A stretch of 64,000 nucleotides of DNA, taken from NCBI GenBank assembly GCA_965153355.1, contig OZ231126.1, positions 11,346,001 to 11,410,000 of the forward strand. The letters run 5' to 3'. The stretch's first letter is position 1, and the number at the start of each line of letters is the position of its first letter. The notes under the pieces are model-generated. The model was not told the DNA's origin. It made no database searches and worked only from the letters and a program-made list of their open reading frames with translations. This document shows, in pieces, positions 41,270-54,642 of this stretch. The position numbers were made by a program, and so were the translations under genes. The DNA is from Flaccisagitta enflata. Taxonomy: Eukaryota.

Positions 41270-41935
41270 TTACCTCCGCTCTTTTCTTCCTTACCCACAT
41301 GCCCTTCATTCCTTCCTCTTTTCTTACCCCCGCTCATTCCTTCCTTACCCACTTGCCTTTCATTCCTTCTTTTTTCCCTGTATCCGCTCTTTCCTTCCTT
41401 ACCCACTTGCCCTTCCTTCCTTCCTCTTTCCCTATCTCCGCTCTTTCCTTCCTTACCCACTTGCCCTTTCTTCCTTCCTCTTTCCCTACCTCCGCTCTTT
41501 CCTTCCTTACCCACTTGCCCTTCCTTCCTTCCTCTTTCCCTACCTCCACTCTCTCCTTCCATACCCACTTGCCCTTCCTTCCTTCCTCTTTACCTACCTC
41601 CGCTCTTTCCTTCCTTACCCACTTGCCCTTCCTTCCTTCCGCTTTCCCTACCTCCACTCTCTCCTTCCTGACCCACTTGCCCTTCCTTCCTCTTTCCCTA
41701 CCTCCGCTCTTTCCTTCCTTACCCACTTGCCCTTCATTTCTTCCGCTTTCCCTACCTCCGCTCTTTCCTTCCTTACCCACTTGCCCTTCATTCCTTCTTT
41801 TTTCCCTATCTCCGCTCTTTCATTCCTTACCCACTTGCCCTTCATCCCTTCCTCTTTACTTACCTCTGCTCTTTCCTTCCTTACCCACATGCCCTTCATC
41901 CCTTCCTTTTTACTTACCTCCGCTCTTTCCTTCCT
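41270..41935. repeat. 54-bp pyrimidine-rich minisatellite, ~12 copies
   Basis: ACCCAC anchors at 41401 and 41455 give a 54-bp period; unit CCTACCTCCGCTCTTTCCTTCCTTACCCACTTGCCCTTCCTTCCTTCCTCTTTC. Confidence 0.9.
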
Positions 41936-42133
41936 TGTCTTATTTTTTCTCTTTTGCCTTTGATCCGAAGTTCAGTCAATGTCAAATGGAGAGTTAGACT
42001 TCAAAATAAAGCAAGGTCACGTTAGAGACCGTGGTCACTTTAAAGCCTTCTTTTATGTGTATCATTTTAGCTTAAAACAGATGAAAAGACAGCAAAAATG
42101 AGGACAAAATGTTGCATCAATTGATGTGAAAAA

Positions 42134-42360
42134 AACAAGGCCGTATACACGGCTACCCCAGTCGCGTGCGGGTGGGCAGGGGCCATAATTGAGGTCAGTG
42201 GAACATTTGGGCAAGAGCAACAAGGCCAAAACCCCCATTTACGCCAAAAAAGTAAAGTGTGACGGACGGACCGATGGACGGACGGACGGACGGACGGACC
42301 GACCGACGGACCGATGGACAGACCGTCAAACCGGGGTGGAGAGTCGCGTAGCTCAGGACT
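42134..42360 (-). mobile_element. Helentron/DINE-like element, family A
   Basis: aacaaggccgtatacacggc..agtcgcgtgc..(GGAC)n..gagtcgcgtagctcaggactaaaa. Confidence 0.75.
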
Positions 42361-42578
42361 AAAAACCGCTAAAAGCTGAGTATTCCACTACGCCTGATTT
42401 TTTGATGATCGGAAAAGGGAAGAAGGGCGCAGACAAAAATGCGGATGAACGGACCAACATGATGCAACAGAGTGATGAATCTTCACATTTTAAGCGTTGA
42501 GGGTCCGTGAGTGTTGACCTGACTCACTAATGCTGGCGTACTTTAGTTCATCTGGGGTTCCTCACCGAGAGCCCCACA

Positions 42579-44583
42579 TAGTGGAGTAGGACAGCAGATG
42601 GTCACTGCAAATCCGGACCAAAGTGTGCATTTTTTTTTACATAATCCTCATGATGTATATGAAAGATTCAGAAGGGGTGCCCTCATATACGGGCCCTTCG
42701 GGGGTCCCTAGGGGCCCCCAAAAAAGCCAGTTGAGAAAATTTTTTCAAAAAAGTGTCTTCAAAAGGGGGTCAAAACAATGGAAAATTACCTAATTTGCCT
42801 AGATCCAAAGTCCTGTAGACAAAAATTTTTTTTTGAAAACTTTGAAAATTTTTCGGGTTGGGTACCCTAACATTTGACTAAAAAAATTTTGGAAAAAAAG
42901 TTCTCTGAAAAGGGGGTCAAATCAACTGAAAATGACCTAATTTGCCTAGATACAAAGCCTTGGAGACAACTTTTTTTTTCAAAATAAAAAATGGTCAGGT
43001 AAGTCAATTGATCCACCGTTATCATGGCTGAGCAAAATGCACAGTGGTTTCACCACTTTTATCATGACTGAGTAAAATCGACTCAAACTGATCAGTTTAC
43101 CTTTGACCATCCAAAACTGATCTGGTTTTCTGAACTAGGGAAACTAGAAAAAGGGGTGGGGCAATTAGCCACAAGTAGACTAAGTAATCTGCTTTTATCT
43201 TAAAAGAAATAATTTATCCTTTTTTTTCACACATTATAATTAGGTTTTTATTGAGACTTAAGTGAATCATATCTGTAATAAAATGGTCAAAATAAAGACA
43301 CAGTGTACAGAACATCCACAGCAAACACAGCAAACACTTCAATGAATCTTGTCAAACAAAGTTTCTCCAGGTAGCAATACCTCATTCACTAGAAAATGGG
43401 GGGGGGGGGGATTGGGCAATTAGCCCTAAGTAGACTAAGCAATCTGTTTTCCTCTTTTAAAGAAATCATTTATCCTTTTTTTTACACATAATTAGCTTTT
43501 TATTGAGACTTAAGTGGATCATATTTGTGATGAAATGGCCAAAATTAAGATACATTGTACAGCAAATCCACCACAAACACAGCAAACACTTCAATGAATC
43601 TTGTCAAACAAAGTCTCTCCAGGTAGCAACACTTCATTCACTAGCATCTGTATTCCCTTCAGAGCATTTACATTTGCATAATTTTGTGCATGGTAGATCA
43701 GCAAATTTGCAACTGCACCTTTTTGTACTACAATCTTTTTTGCATCCACATTTTACAAGATCGCGGCAGCTTAGTGCAACTTCAGCAATAGTTATCCAAA
43801 CTGGCTGCCACTGATTTTCCTTCTTTTGCCAACCAAACAAAGAGGCAGAGTGTAATGAACCGTGATCATCAATAGATGTTACCCAAATTCCAGTTTGATA
43901 CACACTTCTTTTTATATGCCGGATAAGTGCATTTTTTGTTGGTGGAAGATTCTCCATGCTTCAATTTTTTTTGCAAAAAATCTCCTTTCTAGCATCAATA
44001 ACTTTAAGCAAAGGTGATGACTTTATGTACATATATATAATAAACCTTTCAAGTGTTTCTACCTCTTTTGAATCATCCTCAATAGACAGAAATGGTTCAA
44101 CTGCCAGATTCGCAAATGTTTCTGTTGCTTCATCAAATGCCTTCCAAGTATTCCAGGCTGTTTTTTTGCCCTTGTTGCGGAATGCAGATGTGGTATCTGA
44201 ACCAGTGAATGCGTGAAAAAAAGAAGAGCTTTAGCTCTAGACTCACCTAGCTGGTTGTACATAGTTCTGATACTAATGTACTGCATGTATTTTCCTGCTC
44301 CATATTCAACCCACACATCATCAACTTGAGCTGCTATTTTAAAGAAAAGTCCAACAAGAATGACAATGACGTCTGAGTCAACTGTTTTTATGCAAATTTT
44401 TTGCATGTTATTTTCAATCAAGTGCTTGAGGTGGAACATCATTCTTGTATCAGCTTCTTCATGGTAGCATTATGGCATGGAGATATCCTGATTAGATCGG
44501 ATTTCAGTACCATTGGTTATGATCACTAATTTTTCCTCAAGAAAGGTGTGACAGCTGACTGCACTTGTGAGGAAAGAAAATAG

Positions 44584-44666
<83 letters not shown>

Positions 44667-45328
44667 CAAGCGACTCTACATCCCATTTTGTCAGTCTGTT
44701 GGCCTGTCCGTTGGTCCGTCCATTGGTCCATCCATCCGGCACAAAAAAAAAAAAAAAAAAAACAACCTAGTTTAAAAAAAAAAATTGTTTCCAGGGCTTT
44801 GTATCTCGGCAAATTAGATCATCTCCAGTTGATTTGACCCCCCTTCAGAGAACTTTTTTTCAAAAAAATTTTCGGATAAATTTTGGGGAACCCGACCCAA
44901 AATTTTTTAAGTTTTTGAAAAAAAATTTTTGTCTATAGGACTTTGGATCTAGGCAAATTAGGCCATTTCTAGGTGATTTGACCCCCCTTTCAGAGAACTT
45001 TTTTTTTTTAATTTTTTTAGTCAAATGGGGTACCCAACCCGAAAATTTTCAAAGTTTTCAAAAAAAAATTTTTTGTCTACAGGACTTTGGATCTAGGCAA
45101 ATTAGGTAATTTCCCAATGTCTTGACCCCCCTTTTGAAGACACTTTTTTGAAAAAAATTTTCTCAACGGGCTTTTTTGGGGGCCCCTAGGGACCCCCGAA
45201 GGGCCCGTATATGAGGGCACCCCTTCTGAATCTTTCATATACATCATGAGGATCATGTAAAAAAAAATTCACACTTTGGTCCGGATTTGCAGTGATCACT
45301 GCATATATCTTGCAGAGCTACCCCACTA
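42579..45328 (-). mobile_element. Internally deleted AcademX-type DNA transposon
   Basis: Termini TAGTGGAGTAG / CTACCCCACTA; 3-bp TSD ACA at 42576-42578 and 45329-45331; ~370-bp near-identical inverted arms (42602-42970 vs ~44780-45295); XPG-like plus Cys-rich coding relic inside. Confidence 0.82.
43634..44585 (-). pseudogene. Academ protein C-terminal relic: XPG-like nuclease domain plus Cys8 finger
   Basis: HEEADTR, DSDV, HAFTGSDTTSAFRNKGKK, LPPT..ALIRHIKRSVYQTGIW, GW..W.PVW, CGCKKDCSTKRCSCKFADLPCTKLCKC. Disrupted by a TAA just before CYHEEADT, a 1-nt frameshift in the A-run near 44220, and a TGA before SMENLPPT. Confidence 0.85.
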
Positions 45329-45630
45329 ACACGCTCAAGAAAGGGCAATCCCACAGCGGCGTCAGGATGGCCGGGATCGCCCCTCCAATAAAGTACTATG
45401 ATAACGTCGAAGGAATTCGCAGCGTGAGGATAACAGAAAATGTTTTCTCGAAATTATTATACAACTGTATAAATCGCATGACTGGAGCTAAGCTATACTC
45501 AGCTACACATCATTGAAGCGATTTATTTTGCTTATTTCAATCATTGTATCTTCTAGTGTTTTTTCAACTTGTTGTAATACTAATGCGAGCACAAAATGAT
45601 TGAGTATTTGAGAATCGTTATGGCTCTAAC

Positions 45631-45757
45631 TAGGGATGTGGAAGCGATTGACCGCTTCCATTTTGGAGGATGGGATAGCTACTAGTATTTGTACTACGAA
45701 ATGGAAGCGGAAGCGGAAGCGGAAGCGGCACTAAAATCGACCGCTTCCACATCCCTA
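45631..45757. mobile_element. Miniature hAT-like MITE (127 bp)
   Basis: TIR TAGGGATGTGGAAGCG / CGCTTCCACATCCCTA; (GGAAGC)n interior; flanks gctctaac / gctcaaaa (6/8 TSD match). Confidence 0.7.
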
Positions 45758-45782
45758 GCTCAAAATGTGACATCACGTACAT

Positions 45783-45859
<77 letters not shown>

Positions 45860-47499
45860 ACACTGATGGACCCACAGATCAACGGACTGAAAATTCATGA
45901 ATGCGACGGAGAACTTGAATCAAACTCAAAGCGTGGCAAAGCTGCTTTTCAGTATGGAAAGTTACTATTATAGCTGTTACAATCGGAGCCGTCGGAGTTG
46001 AATTTCATTGTACTTACGAAAAAAAGGAAACAAGAAATGCAAAAAAGATTCCCTCGGTGGGGTAGGTTTTATTTGTTTTCCATTGTCTATCCACGTAACC
46101 ACCTGTCTGGCCGACTCTAACGAAGAAACGGGAAGGGGGGGGGGACGAGGGGGGTGGTTAATAAACGAGGAACGGAGGGTTCTACTTTCATTAAGCGAAG
46201 CGAGAGTGCTGCACTGTGGACTGAGTTCATTAAAACATGGTATTGACTACAATGACTGAAGCAGGACTGCATTGTGGACTGAGTTCATTAAAACATGGTA
46301 ACGATAGCAATGACTAAGAGAGTGCTGCATTGTGGCTTTAATAGTAGTTAGGTAGCAAATAGTCAAGGACGGAACGAGAGGGCGAGTTGCAAGAGATTGC
46401 AACCCCTTTTCACGACTAAATAACACTGAATGAGCGGGATCAATTTGGGGAACAGAAGGGGCTGTGTTCAATGACTGGGAGGAAACTGCTCTGTAGCGAT
46501 ATTAGTGATATAATTGAGGATCCCCTTCTATGCATCTTAGTTAAACTTCAGACTAGTAATAATGCTAAACGACAATAACACCTCTCGCTTAATCCATCCA
46601 AACAGCCAACTTTCCATCCATCCATCCTTCCATCCATCCATCCATCCATCCATCCATCCATCCGACCATCCATCCTTTCATCCATAGATCCATCCATCCA
46701 TCCATCCATCCATTCATCCATCCATCCATCCATCCATCCTTCTATCCATTCATCCTGCCACCCATCAGGCGTGCATTTTTTTCTTTCCTTCCGAGTAACT
46801 TATATTTTCCCCTGGGATTTTCCGACTTCCCAATCCCGTCTAACTTCAAGTTTACCAACCCTAAGTTTTATGGAGATGAATTTGTTTCATCATCAATTAT
46901 CTAATTTGCATAATGCAGTTTTAAGACTGCTGGTTTTTGAAATGACAATCATTCAAACTTTACTCGATTGGAATATAAGTCAAACACTAACACGCTGCTT
47001 AAACTAAATAAACAGATAAAACTTAAGCTTTCCATGTGCAAAAACATCTTACTGGTTTTATTCGTTGTAAAGTTTTGTAAAAAACGGATGCATGCAATAT
47101 GTTTGATGAATCTTTTTTGAAATCATCGTCTTCGGAAATCGGAATTTGACTACTTCTTTCGATCCCAAGGCGCGCTTGTGAATTCGCAGGTGCGGCATAG
47201 CACCTCTCCAACCAGCTCTGTGCGTCGGTCAATTAGATGGATGGTCCCGTCCTGTCACGCCCGGGTTGATATTCTCGAAAAGAAGCAAAAATCACAAGAA
47301 ATGATTCAGAAATATGCTAGGATGATTCCCAAATGCGCCATAGCTCCTCTATAAGAGGTTCTGTCCGGCTGTCCATCCGTCAGTCTCGCTTGAATGAAAA
47401 ATCGCTGAAAATGTTTGAAACCATTTGAAAACTCATTTTGTTCATAATTGATGATACTCGTCATTTCATTCACTAAAATAATCAGCTACGGTTAGGTCT

Positions 47500-47758
47500 T
47501 ATTGAGCTGGGGATAGGGCGGATAGGTCTTGTGATAGGTCGGATAGGTGTTGGGATAGGTCTGAAAGAGCTAGGGATAGGTCTGATAGAGCTCGGAACAG
47601 GTCTGTTAGACGGAATAGATCTGATAGAGCTAGGGATAGGCCTGACAGTGCTCGAGATAGGTCTGATAGAGCTAGGGATAGGTCTGATGGAGCTAGGGAT
47701 AGGTCTAAGAATTGATAACGCCCGGCGCACCGTCTTGGCCCGTGTATCCGGCCTTGTT
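47500..47758 (+). repeat. 21-bp minisatellite (GATAGGTCTGATAGAGCTAGG) inside a Helentron-like element end
   Basis: The array is followed by ...ggcccgtgtatccggccttgtt; an inverted relative lies at ~18043-18185. Confidence 0.7.
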
Positions 47759-47878
47759 AACTGGCAACTTGGCACTCGAGAATTGAGTACCAATGGCCCT
47801 ATCATCCAAATGACAATCTGTTTATTGTCAAAAGTGTCTGATATTGCATTCAGAAAAGTTGTGCTCCTGGATTAGAGA

Positions 47879-47983
<105 letters not shown>

Positions 47984-47994
47984 AGCTCTCTCCA

Positions 47995-48549
47995 GGGGCT
48001 GATGACCCATGCTTTCACACATAGGGAAATTTCTCCTTCTTCTTCTTCTCCTTCTTCTCCTCCGTCCCCCCCCCCCCTCAAGGCCCAAATCCTAGTCTCG
48101 AGACCCAAATCCTAGCTACGAGGCTCAAATCCCCGTTTCAAAACTCAAATCCCAGCCTTGAAGCTCAAATCTCAGTCTCCAGGCTAAAATCCCAGCCTCG
48201 AGGCTCAAATCCCAGCCCTTAGGCTCAAATCCCAGTCTCAAGGCACAAATCCCAGCCTTGAAGCTCAAATCCTAGCCTTGATGTTCAAATACCAGCTTCC
48301 AAGCTCAAATCCCTGCCCCGAAGCTCAAATCCCAACCTCAAAGCTCAAATCCCAGCCTAAAGGCCCTAATCCAAGCCTCAAGGCCCCAATTCCAGCCTCC
48401 AGGCCCTAATTCCATCCTTGAGGCCCAAATAAAGACAGCATAGGTCATCGGCCCCTTCGGGGCCGCTGCCCCTCTAACCACCTCACATCAACATACACTC
48501 ACATAGGGGCAACGGGTACCGCTGACCATCTAACGCTTTTGCGACTATT
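47995..48549 (+). mobile_element. Family B2 element, 5' end truncated
   Basis: ggggctgatgacccatgctttcacac; 20-bp repeats; gcataggtcatcggccccttcggggccgctgccc; CGC tttt GCG tail. Confidence 0.75.
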
Positions 48550-48736
48550 TACTTTTTGAGCATACGGCTCCTGCCCAGATGACCCAGTGACCTTCTCCAG
48601 CACTGCTCCTGCCCACCCGCACGCGACTAGGGTAGCCGTGTATCCGGCCTTGTTTTGTTTGTGTCTCTCTATTTTTCTCTGTCTCTCTCTCAGTCTGTCT
48701 CTCTGTCCCTCTCTCTGTCTCTCATGTTCCTTTTTT

Positions 48737-49262
48737 GGGCAGCGGTCCCGAAGGGGACGAAGTCCTGTAGAACACAGGGGGACTTTTGTTCATCCGTTCG
48801 TCCATTCGTCCATTCGTCCGTTCATTCGTAAGTCCCCCCCAGGCCCTCTCAGGCCTGAAATCTGCCCTCTCAGGCCTGTAATCTGCCCTCTCAGGATTGA
48901 CATCTACCCTCTCAGGCCTGGAATCTGCCCTCTCAGGCCCGAAATCTGCCCTCTCAGGCCTGAAATCCGCTTTCTCTGGCCTGAAACCTGTCCTCTCAGG
49001 CCCTTAATCTGCCCTCGCAGATTAAAGGCCTGAGAGGGCAGATTTCAGGCCTGAGAGGGTAGATTTTAAGCCTGAGAGGGCCAGGGAGGGACTGACAGAC
49101 GGACGGACGGATGGACGAATGGACAAACAAAAGTCCCCCTGTGTTCTACAGGACTTAGTCCCCTTTGGGGCCACTGCCCTGCTTCCTCCCATTCCGATTT
49201 AAAACCATGCAATGCAGGGCAACGGGTATCGCTGACCACATATTGCCCTTGGGCGACCTGTT
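48737..49262 (+). mobile_element. Family B1 element
   Basis: B1 inverted repeat; 21-bp repeats partly inverted; GCCC tt GGGC gacctgtt tail. Confidence 0.8.
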
Positions 49263-50496
49263 ACTCTCTGCTATTTTCTTTTTTATTTCAGTCGCACGCA
49301 CGCAACTCCTTAAACCGCTATGTCCGTTGGTTGGTCCGTTGGTCTGTCACCATTAGTTTTTTTGGTATATAATAGCAGTTTTTGCATGGCTGCTCCTGCC
49401 CAAATGTATGATTAGCCCTTTTTGGGCAGCGGCCCCAAAGGGCTCAAATCAGCTCTCCAGACCTCATAGCTGCCCTCAAGACCTCAAATCAGCCCTCCAG
49501 ATTTCAAATCCGCCCTCCAGGCCTCAAATCAACTCTTCAGGCCTCTAAGCCTTATAGCTTAAGCCTGCCCACCAAACCTCAAATCTGCTCTTTTGGACTA
49601 AATTTTGCCATCCCGCCTTCAAATCCGCCTCAGGACGTCTCGAAATTCACCCCTGTGTCCAACAGAATATCGGCCGCTGCCCTGCTCTCACTCCACTTCT
49701 TCACTTGATCATTCTAAGCAGGGCGTCGGGTACCGCCGACCATGGATGACTAGTTATCACTATCCCTGTTCACCCACACGCGACTTCGGTAGCCATGTAG
49801 CTGGCCTTGTTCTGTTTTGTTCTTCTTGTTCTTCTTGATATTTTTTCTTTTTCTTTTTCTTTTTCTTTTTCTTTTTCTTTTTCTTGCTCTTCTTCTTCTT
49901 TTTCTTTTTCTTTTTTCTTTTTTCTTTTTTCTTTTTTCTTTTCCTTTTCCTTTTTCTTTTTCTTTTTCTTTTTCTTTTTCTTCTTCTTCTTCTTTTTCTT
50001 TTTCTTTTTCTTCTTCTTCCTCTTCTTCTCCCTATTCCGAGTCCTTCCGAGAGGCCCCCGCCTCCTTCCGAGTAACGGCGTTACTGGTTACTCCAAAAAA
50101 TGCACACTTGCCACCCATCCATTCAACCTATTATCGATCCCATGCATGACACAGCCAAAAATGTCCAAAAGATAATTTAGACATGTCTCATTTCAAAACC
50201 GTCCAATTCCACCGTGGACTCGGACGGGAAAGGGGGGGGGGGGAAATATGGGAAAAAAAAACTCACACACGGGCCATCGTTGATTGAAATCGACTGAACA
50301 GAATCAAGGCCACTCTCTATCGAGAGAAAGGAAAAAGGAAAAGAAAGAAATATCAAAAGAAAAATAGAGAAGAGGAGAAGAAATAAAAACATACCAAAAA
50401 AAGAATTGACGGACCAACATGCCGCGGGAAAAAAAGCAATTAGAGAGGAAAAAACGAAAGGTAAACTCAAATCACGGGCGAGTGCAACAAAACAAG

Positions 50497-50705
<209 letters not shown>

Positions 50706-51427
50706 ATTCAAAATGAAAGAGGTGGGAACTTCGCGCGGCGAGTCGGACCATTTACATTTGTTCGATTTTGAGTTGCGACTGTGAGTGAGATCAACTAAAT
50801 ATCATTCAAATGACGCGCAACCAAAAAAGGTCAACATTCGAAAATGAAAACATGGCCGAAAACATGGCTACGCAAGTAGCGTGCGAATGGGCAGGGGCAG
50901 TGTAGATGGAGATCGGGGACAGCTCAGGAATTTGGGAAGGAGCAATAATGACTATTGATATACGCCGAATACTTTTCCACTCGATCACTATGGATCGACA
51001 GACCGACGGACGGACCGGCGGATAAAGCCTAGTCCGCGACTTAAAAAACGCGAAACAAAGTGAATGCTTGTGAGTGGCCGAACCAGCCAACCGACAGAAC
51101 GACAAAACAACGAGCTCGCGTTTAAAAAAGACTAATGCAGTGTGTCAGAATCACGGGGTCGAAATACCTTAGCCAAATGGGTGGTCGATCGTGCACGACC
51201 ATGCAAGGTCGCTGGGAAAGAGAAAACAACAATTACACAATTGTGCACGACCATGCGAGGTCGCTGGGAAAGAGAAAACAACAACAATTACACAATTGTG
51301 CACGACCATGCAAGGTCGCTGGGCGAGAGACGACTAGACCAAATGAACCCGAGTTTGAATTTACGTGAGACACTTACACATAAATTACAGAGTGTCGTTT
51401 ACGTCGTGGTTGGTTGAATTTGGGTAC

Positions 51428-51516
<89 letters not shown>

Positions 51517-51654
51517 GAGGTTGTTGTTGCTGTTGTTGTTGTTGTTTTTGTTGTTGTTGTTTTTGTTGTTGTTTTTGTTGTTGAAGAAATGTGAGCGTTC
51601 TGACTTTGTGTTCCCTCGGACAAGCGATGATTTCAGGGTTTAAGAATCGAGAGA

Positions 51655-52855
51655 AGGTTCATCTTTCACCGCCATTGTTGCAACTTTCTTCTGCTGTTAC
51701 TGTCATCATCCTTCACCGCCGTTACCGTGACTTTCTTGTGCTGTAACTGCCATCATTTTTCACTGCCAATGTCGCTTCTTTTTTGTGCTGGAACTGTCAT
51801 CCATTGCTATGGCTGCAACTGTTACTGTCATCATCTTTACCGCCATTGCCGCAACTTTTATGTGCTGTTACTGTCATCATCTTTCACCGCCATTGCTGCG
51901 ACTTTCCTCTGCTGTGACTGTCATCATGTTTCACCGCCATTGCTGCATCTTTCTTCGGTTGTTACTGTCATCAGCTTTCACCTCCCATGCCGCAACTTTC
52001 ATGTGCGGTTACTGTCATAATCTTTAACCTCCCATGCCGCAACATTCATGTGCTATAACTGTCACCATCTTTCATCTCCCATGCCGCAACTTTCATGTGC
52101 TGTTACTGTCATCATCTTTCAACTCCAATGCAGCAACTTTTTTCTGTTGATACTGTCATCATCTTTCACCTCCCATGCCACAACTTTCATGTGCTGTTAC
52201 TGTCATCATCTTTCACCTCCAATGCAGCAACTTTTTTCTGTTGTTACTGTCATCATCTTTCACCTCCCATGCCACAACTTTCATGTGCTGTTACTGTCAT
52301 CATCTTTCACCTCCAATGCAGCAACTTTTTTCTGTTGTTACTGTCATCATCTTTCACCTCCCATGCCACAACTTTCATGTGCTGTTACTGTCATCATCTT
52401 TCACCTCCAATGCAGCAACTTTTTTCTGTTGTTACTGTCATCATCTTTCACCTCCCATGCCACAACTTTCATGTGCTGTTACTGTCGTCATCTTTCATCT
52501 CCCATGCAGCAACTTTTTTCTGTTGTTACTGTCATCATCTTTCACCTCCCATGCCACAACTTTCATGTGCTGTTACTGTCATCATCTTTCACCTCCAATG
52601 CAGCAACTTTTTTCTGTTGTTACTGTCATCATCTTTCACCTCCCATGCCACAACTTTCATGTGCTGTTACTGTCATCATCTTTCACCTCCAATGCAGCAA
52701 CTTTTTTCTGTTGTTACTGTCATCATCTTTCACCTCCCATGCCACAACTTTCATGTGCTGTTACTGTCGTCATCTTTCATCTCCCATGCCGCAACTTTCA
52801 TGTTCTGTAACTGTCATCATCTTTCATCTCCCATGCCGCAACTTTCATGTGCTGT
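51655..52855. repeat. 47-bp satellite with A/B dimeric (94-bp) higher-order structure; resumes at 60108-60180
   Basis: CTGTCATCATCTTTCACCTCCCATGCCACAACTTTCATGTGCTGTTA alternates with CTGTCATCATCTTTCACCTCCAATGCAGCAACTTTTTTCTGTTGTTA. Confidence 0.93.
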
Positions 52856-53283
52856 TAGGGCTGGTCATATTGCCAACCTTGATGAATCTTTATGTAAGTT
52901 GGCAAAAATACTTGAGTTGCTATTTGTGAAAGATTGAGACCTTGCGCGACCTTCAACTCCTTGTATCTTCATTGCTCACAAAATGAACAAAAAAAGTTGA
53001 TAAAAGTTTTTAAAAATTTCCCTTTCGTTTGCAGCAATGCGGTAAAACAGTTTTTCCCCTGAATCTTCCCTACGCCAGATTTTAAATCGAACATTTTTAA
53101 GGCTCGCTATTGTCAACTCAGTCTACGCACTATATGGTACAGAGGGGAAGTGCATTGTAACAAAAGAAGTAGAAAAGTCAATTCTATCAGACTGACGATT
53201 GAAAAATTGCTTGATAATCGATATTAAAATGATTTACTGTCTAGCTTCCATTTACTTTTGTTTTCTTTCCGTTTTCCCTTTTT

Positions 53284-53543
53284 AGATACGTCCTCGCATC
53301 TCTATAATAGGCTGTGTCCGTTGGTCGGTTAGTCGATCGGTCGGGTAACCCATTCATAAAAATCATCAGAATCTTGCATTATTTCAACAGAAAATTCGTA
53401 CCAACTCAGTAAAAGTTGAATACATTGAATAATTCATTCATTAAATCATTTATTCATAAACAACATTCATTCATAAAAAAACATTCATTCACAAAAAAAC
53501 ATTCATTCAAAGAGGGCGCATCGTTGGCCTACTTGGCCTTGTT
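53284..53543 (+). mobile_element. Helentron/DINE-like element, family C
   Basis: TT|agatacg tcct cgcatct ctataatagg..(CATT)n..gggcgcatcgtt GGCC tactt GGCC ttgtt. Confidence 0.78.
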
Positions 53544-54089
53544 TACATTCCTTCCGTCCTTTCTTCCTCTCCGTTTTCCCTCCCTCCTCTTTTTCTAATT
53601 TCCTCTTTTCCTTTCCGTTTTTACTTTTCTTATTTTCCTTTTTTTCCTGGTTCTTTCCGAATTCAGGCTGACGGTCAGACCCCTAGAAGGGTCATTTTTC
53701 AAAGTGTGATTCAACCAGATTTGTTTATTTTACCATTAAATATGATGTTTGAGGGGTTGGAAAACCAATTTTGTTTTGCTTAGCAGCTCCTCAATTTTCT
53801 GCTAGCGCTAATTTTATTCCGAAGTATGCAAATTGGCTTTAGCGAATTTTGGCTGACTTAAGCCCATAAATCACTTACATTTATTAGATAGCGGTTATTC
53901 TCACTTATCATAGGATGATCAGGGATAGATATTCGTAACAACGTCATTATCCTTTCTCCGAATAATGCAAATTAGGTAAAGATAATTAGACAAGATAAAG
54001 TAAAATTGCTAGTGATAAATTGCAGCACTAGCAGTGTTTGAGAAAGAAGGAAAGGGAGAGATCAGGGGAAGGGGCTCATGGATTAACTA

Positions 54090-54642
54090 CAGTAGATCTC
54101 GTCTAGACTTGAGATAACGGGGGCAAGCATTGCAGAAAGACAAATAAAGGCAGGGGAGTGATATTTGGATTATAGACTAATCAAAGAATGCTTAATTCCC
54201 CATGATAGCTGGTTGCCATGGAAACACATTTCCATGTATTCTCGCTAAAATATCAATATTTTTTTAGGGAACATTACTTAAAATCAAATTTGCTACCACT
54301 TTCCCAAAGTATGTTCTTTAAGAATGTCGCTCATTTGGCCATTGCTAGGGAGCGTATCCAAGTGTGACAACCCCTAGCAACCGCTAAACGAGCGACATTC
54401 TTACAGAACATACTGTGGGAAAGTTGTAGCAAAGTTAATTTTAAAAAATGTTCCCTCAAAAAATTTCTCAAAATATTGATATTTTAGCGTAAATACATAG
54501 AAATGCGTTTCCATAGCAACCATCTATCATAGGCAATAAAGCATACCTTCATTATTCTATGTTAAAAGTATAACTCCCCCAGCCTCATTTGTTTTTCTAC
54601 AATGCTTGCCCCCGTAATCTCAAGTCTAGACGAGATCTACTG
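54090..54642. mobile_element. Tc1/mariner-like foldback MITE, TA TSD (sister of 35432-35961)
   Basis: TA|CAGTAGATCTCGTCTAGAC ... GTCTAGACGAGATCTACTG|TA; arms are inverted over ~260 bp. Confidence 0.87.

Noticed and set aside
45292-45516. Apparent exon (tcttgcAG|AGCTAC...AGC|GTGAGG; SYPTNTLKKGQSHSG...)
   Set aside because: The acceptor lies inside the Academ right terminus, its only open phase (0) is incompatible with the phase 1 donor at 32438, and the peptide is not NHL-like. Exon 61414 fills the gap exactly.
52048-52937. Cys/His-rich ORFs of 211-293 aa resembling metal-binding proteins
   Set aside because: All three frames give the same cycling peptide from a stop-free 47-bp satellite.
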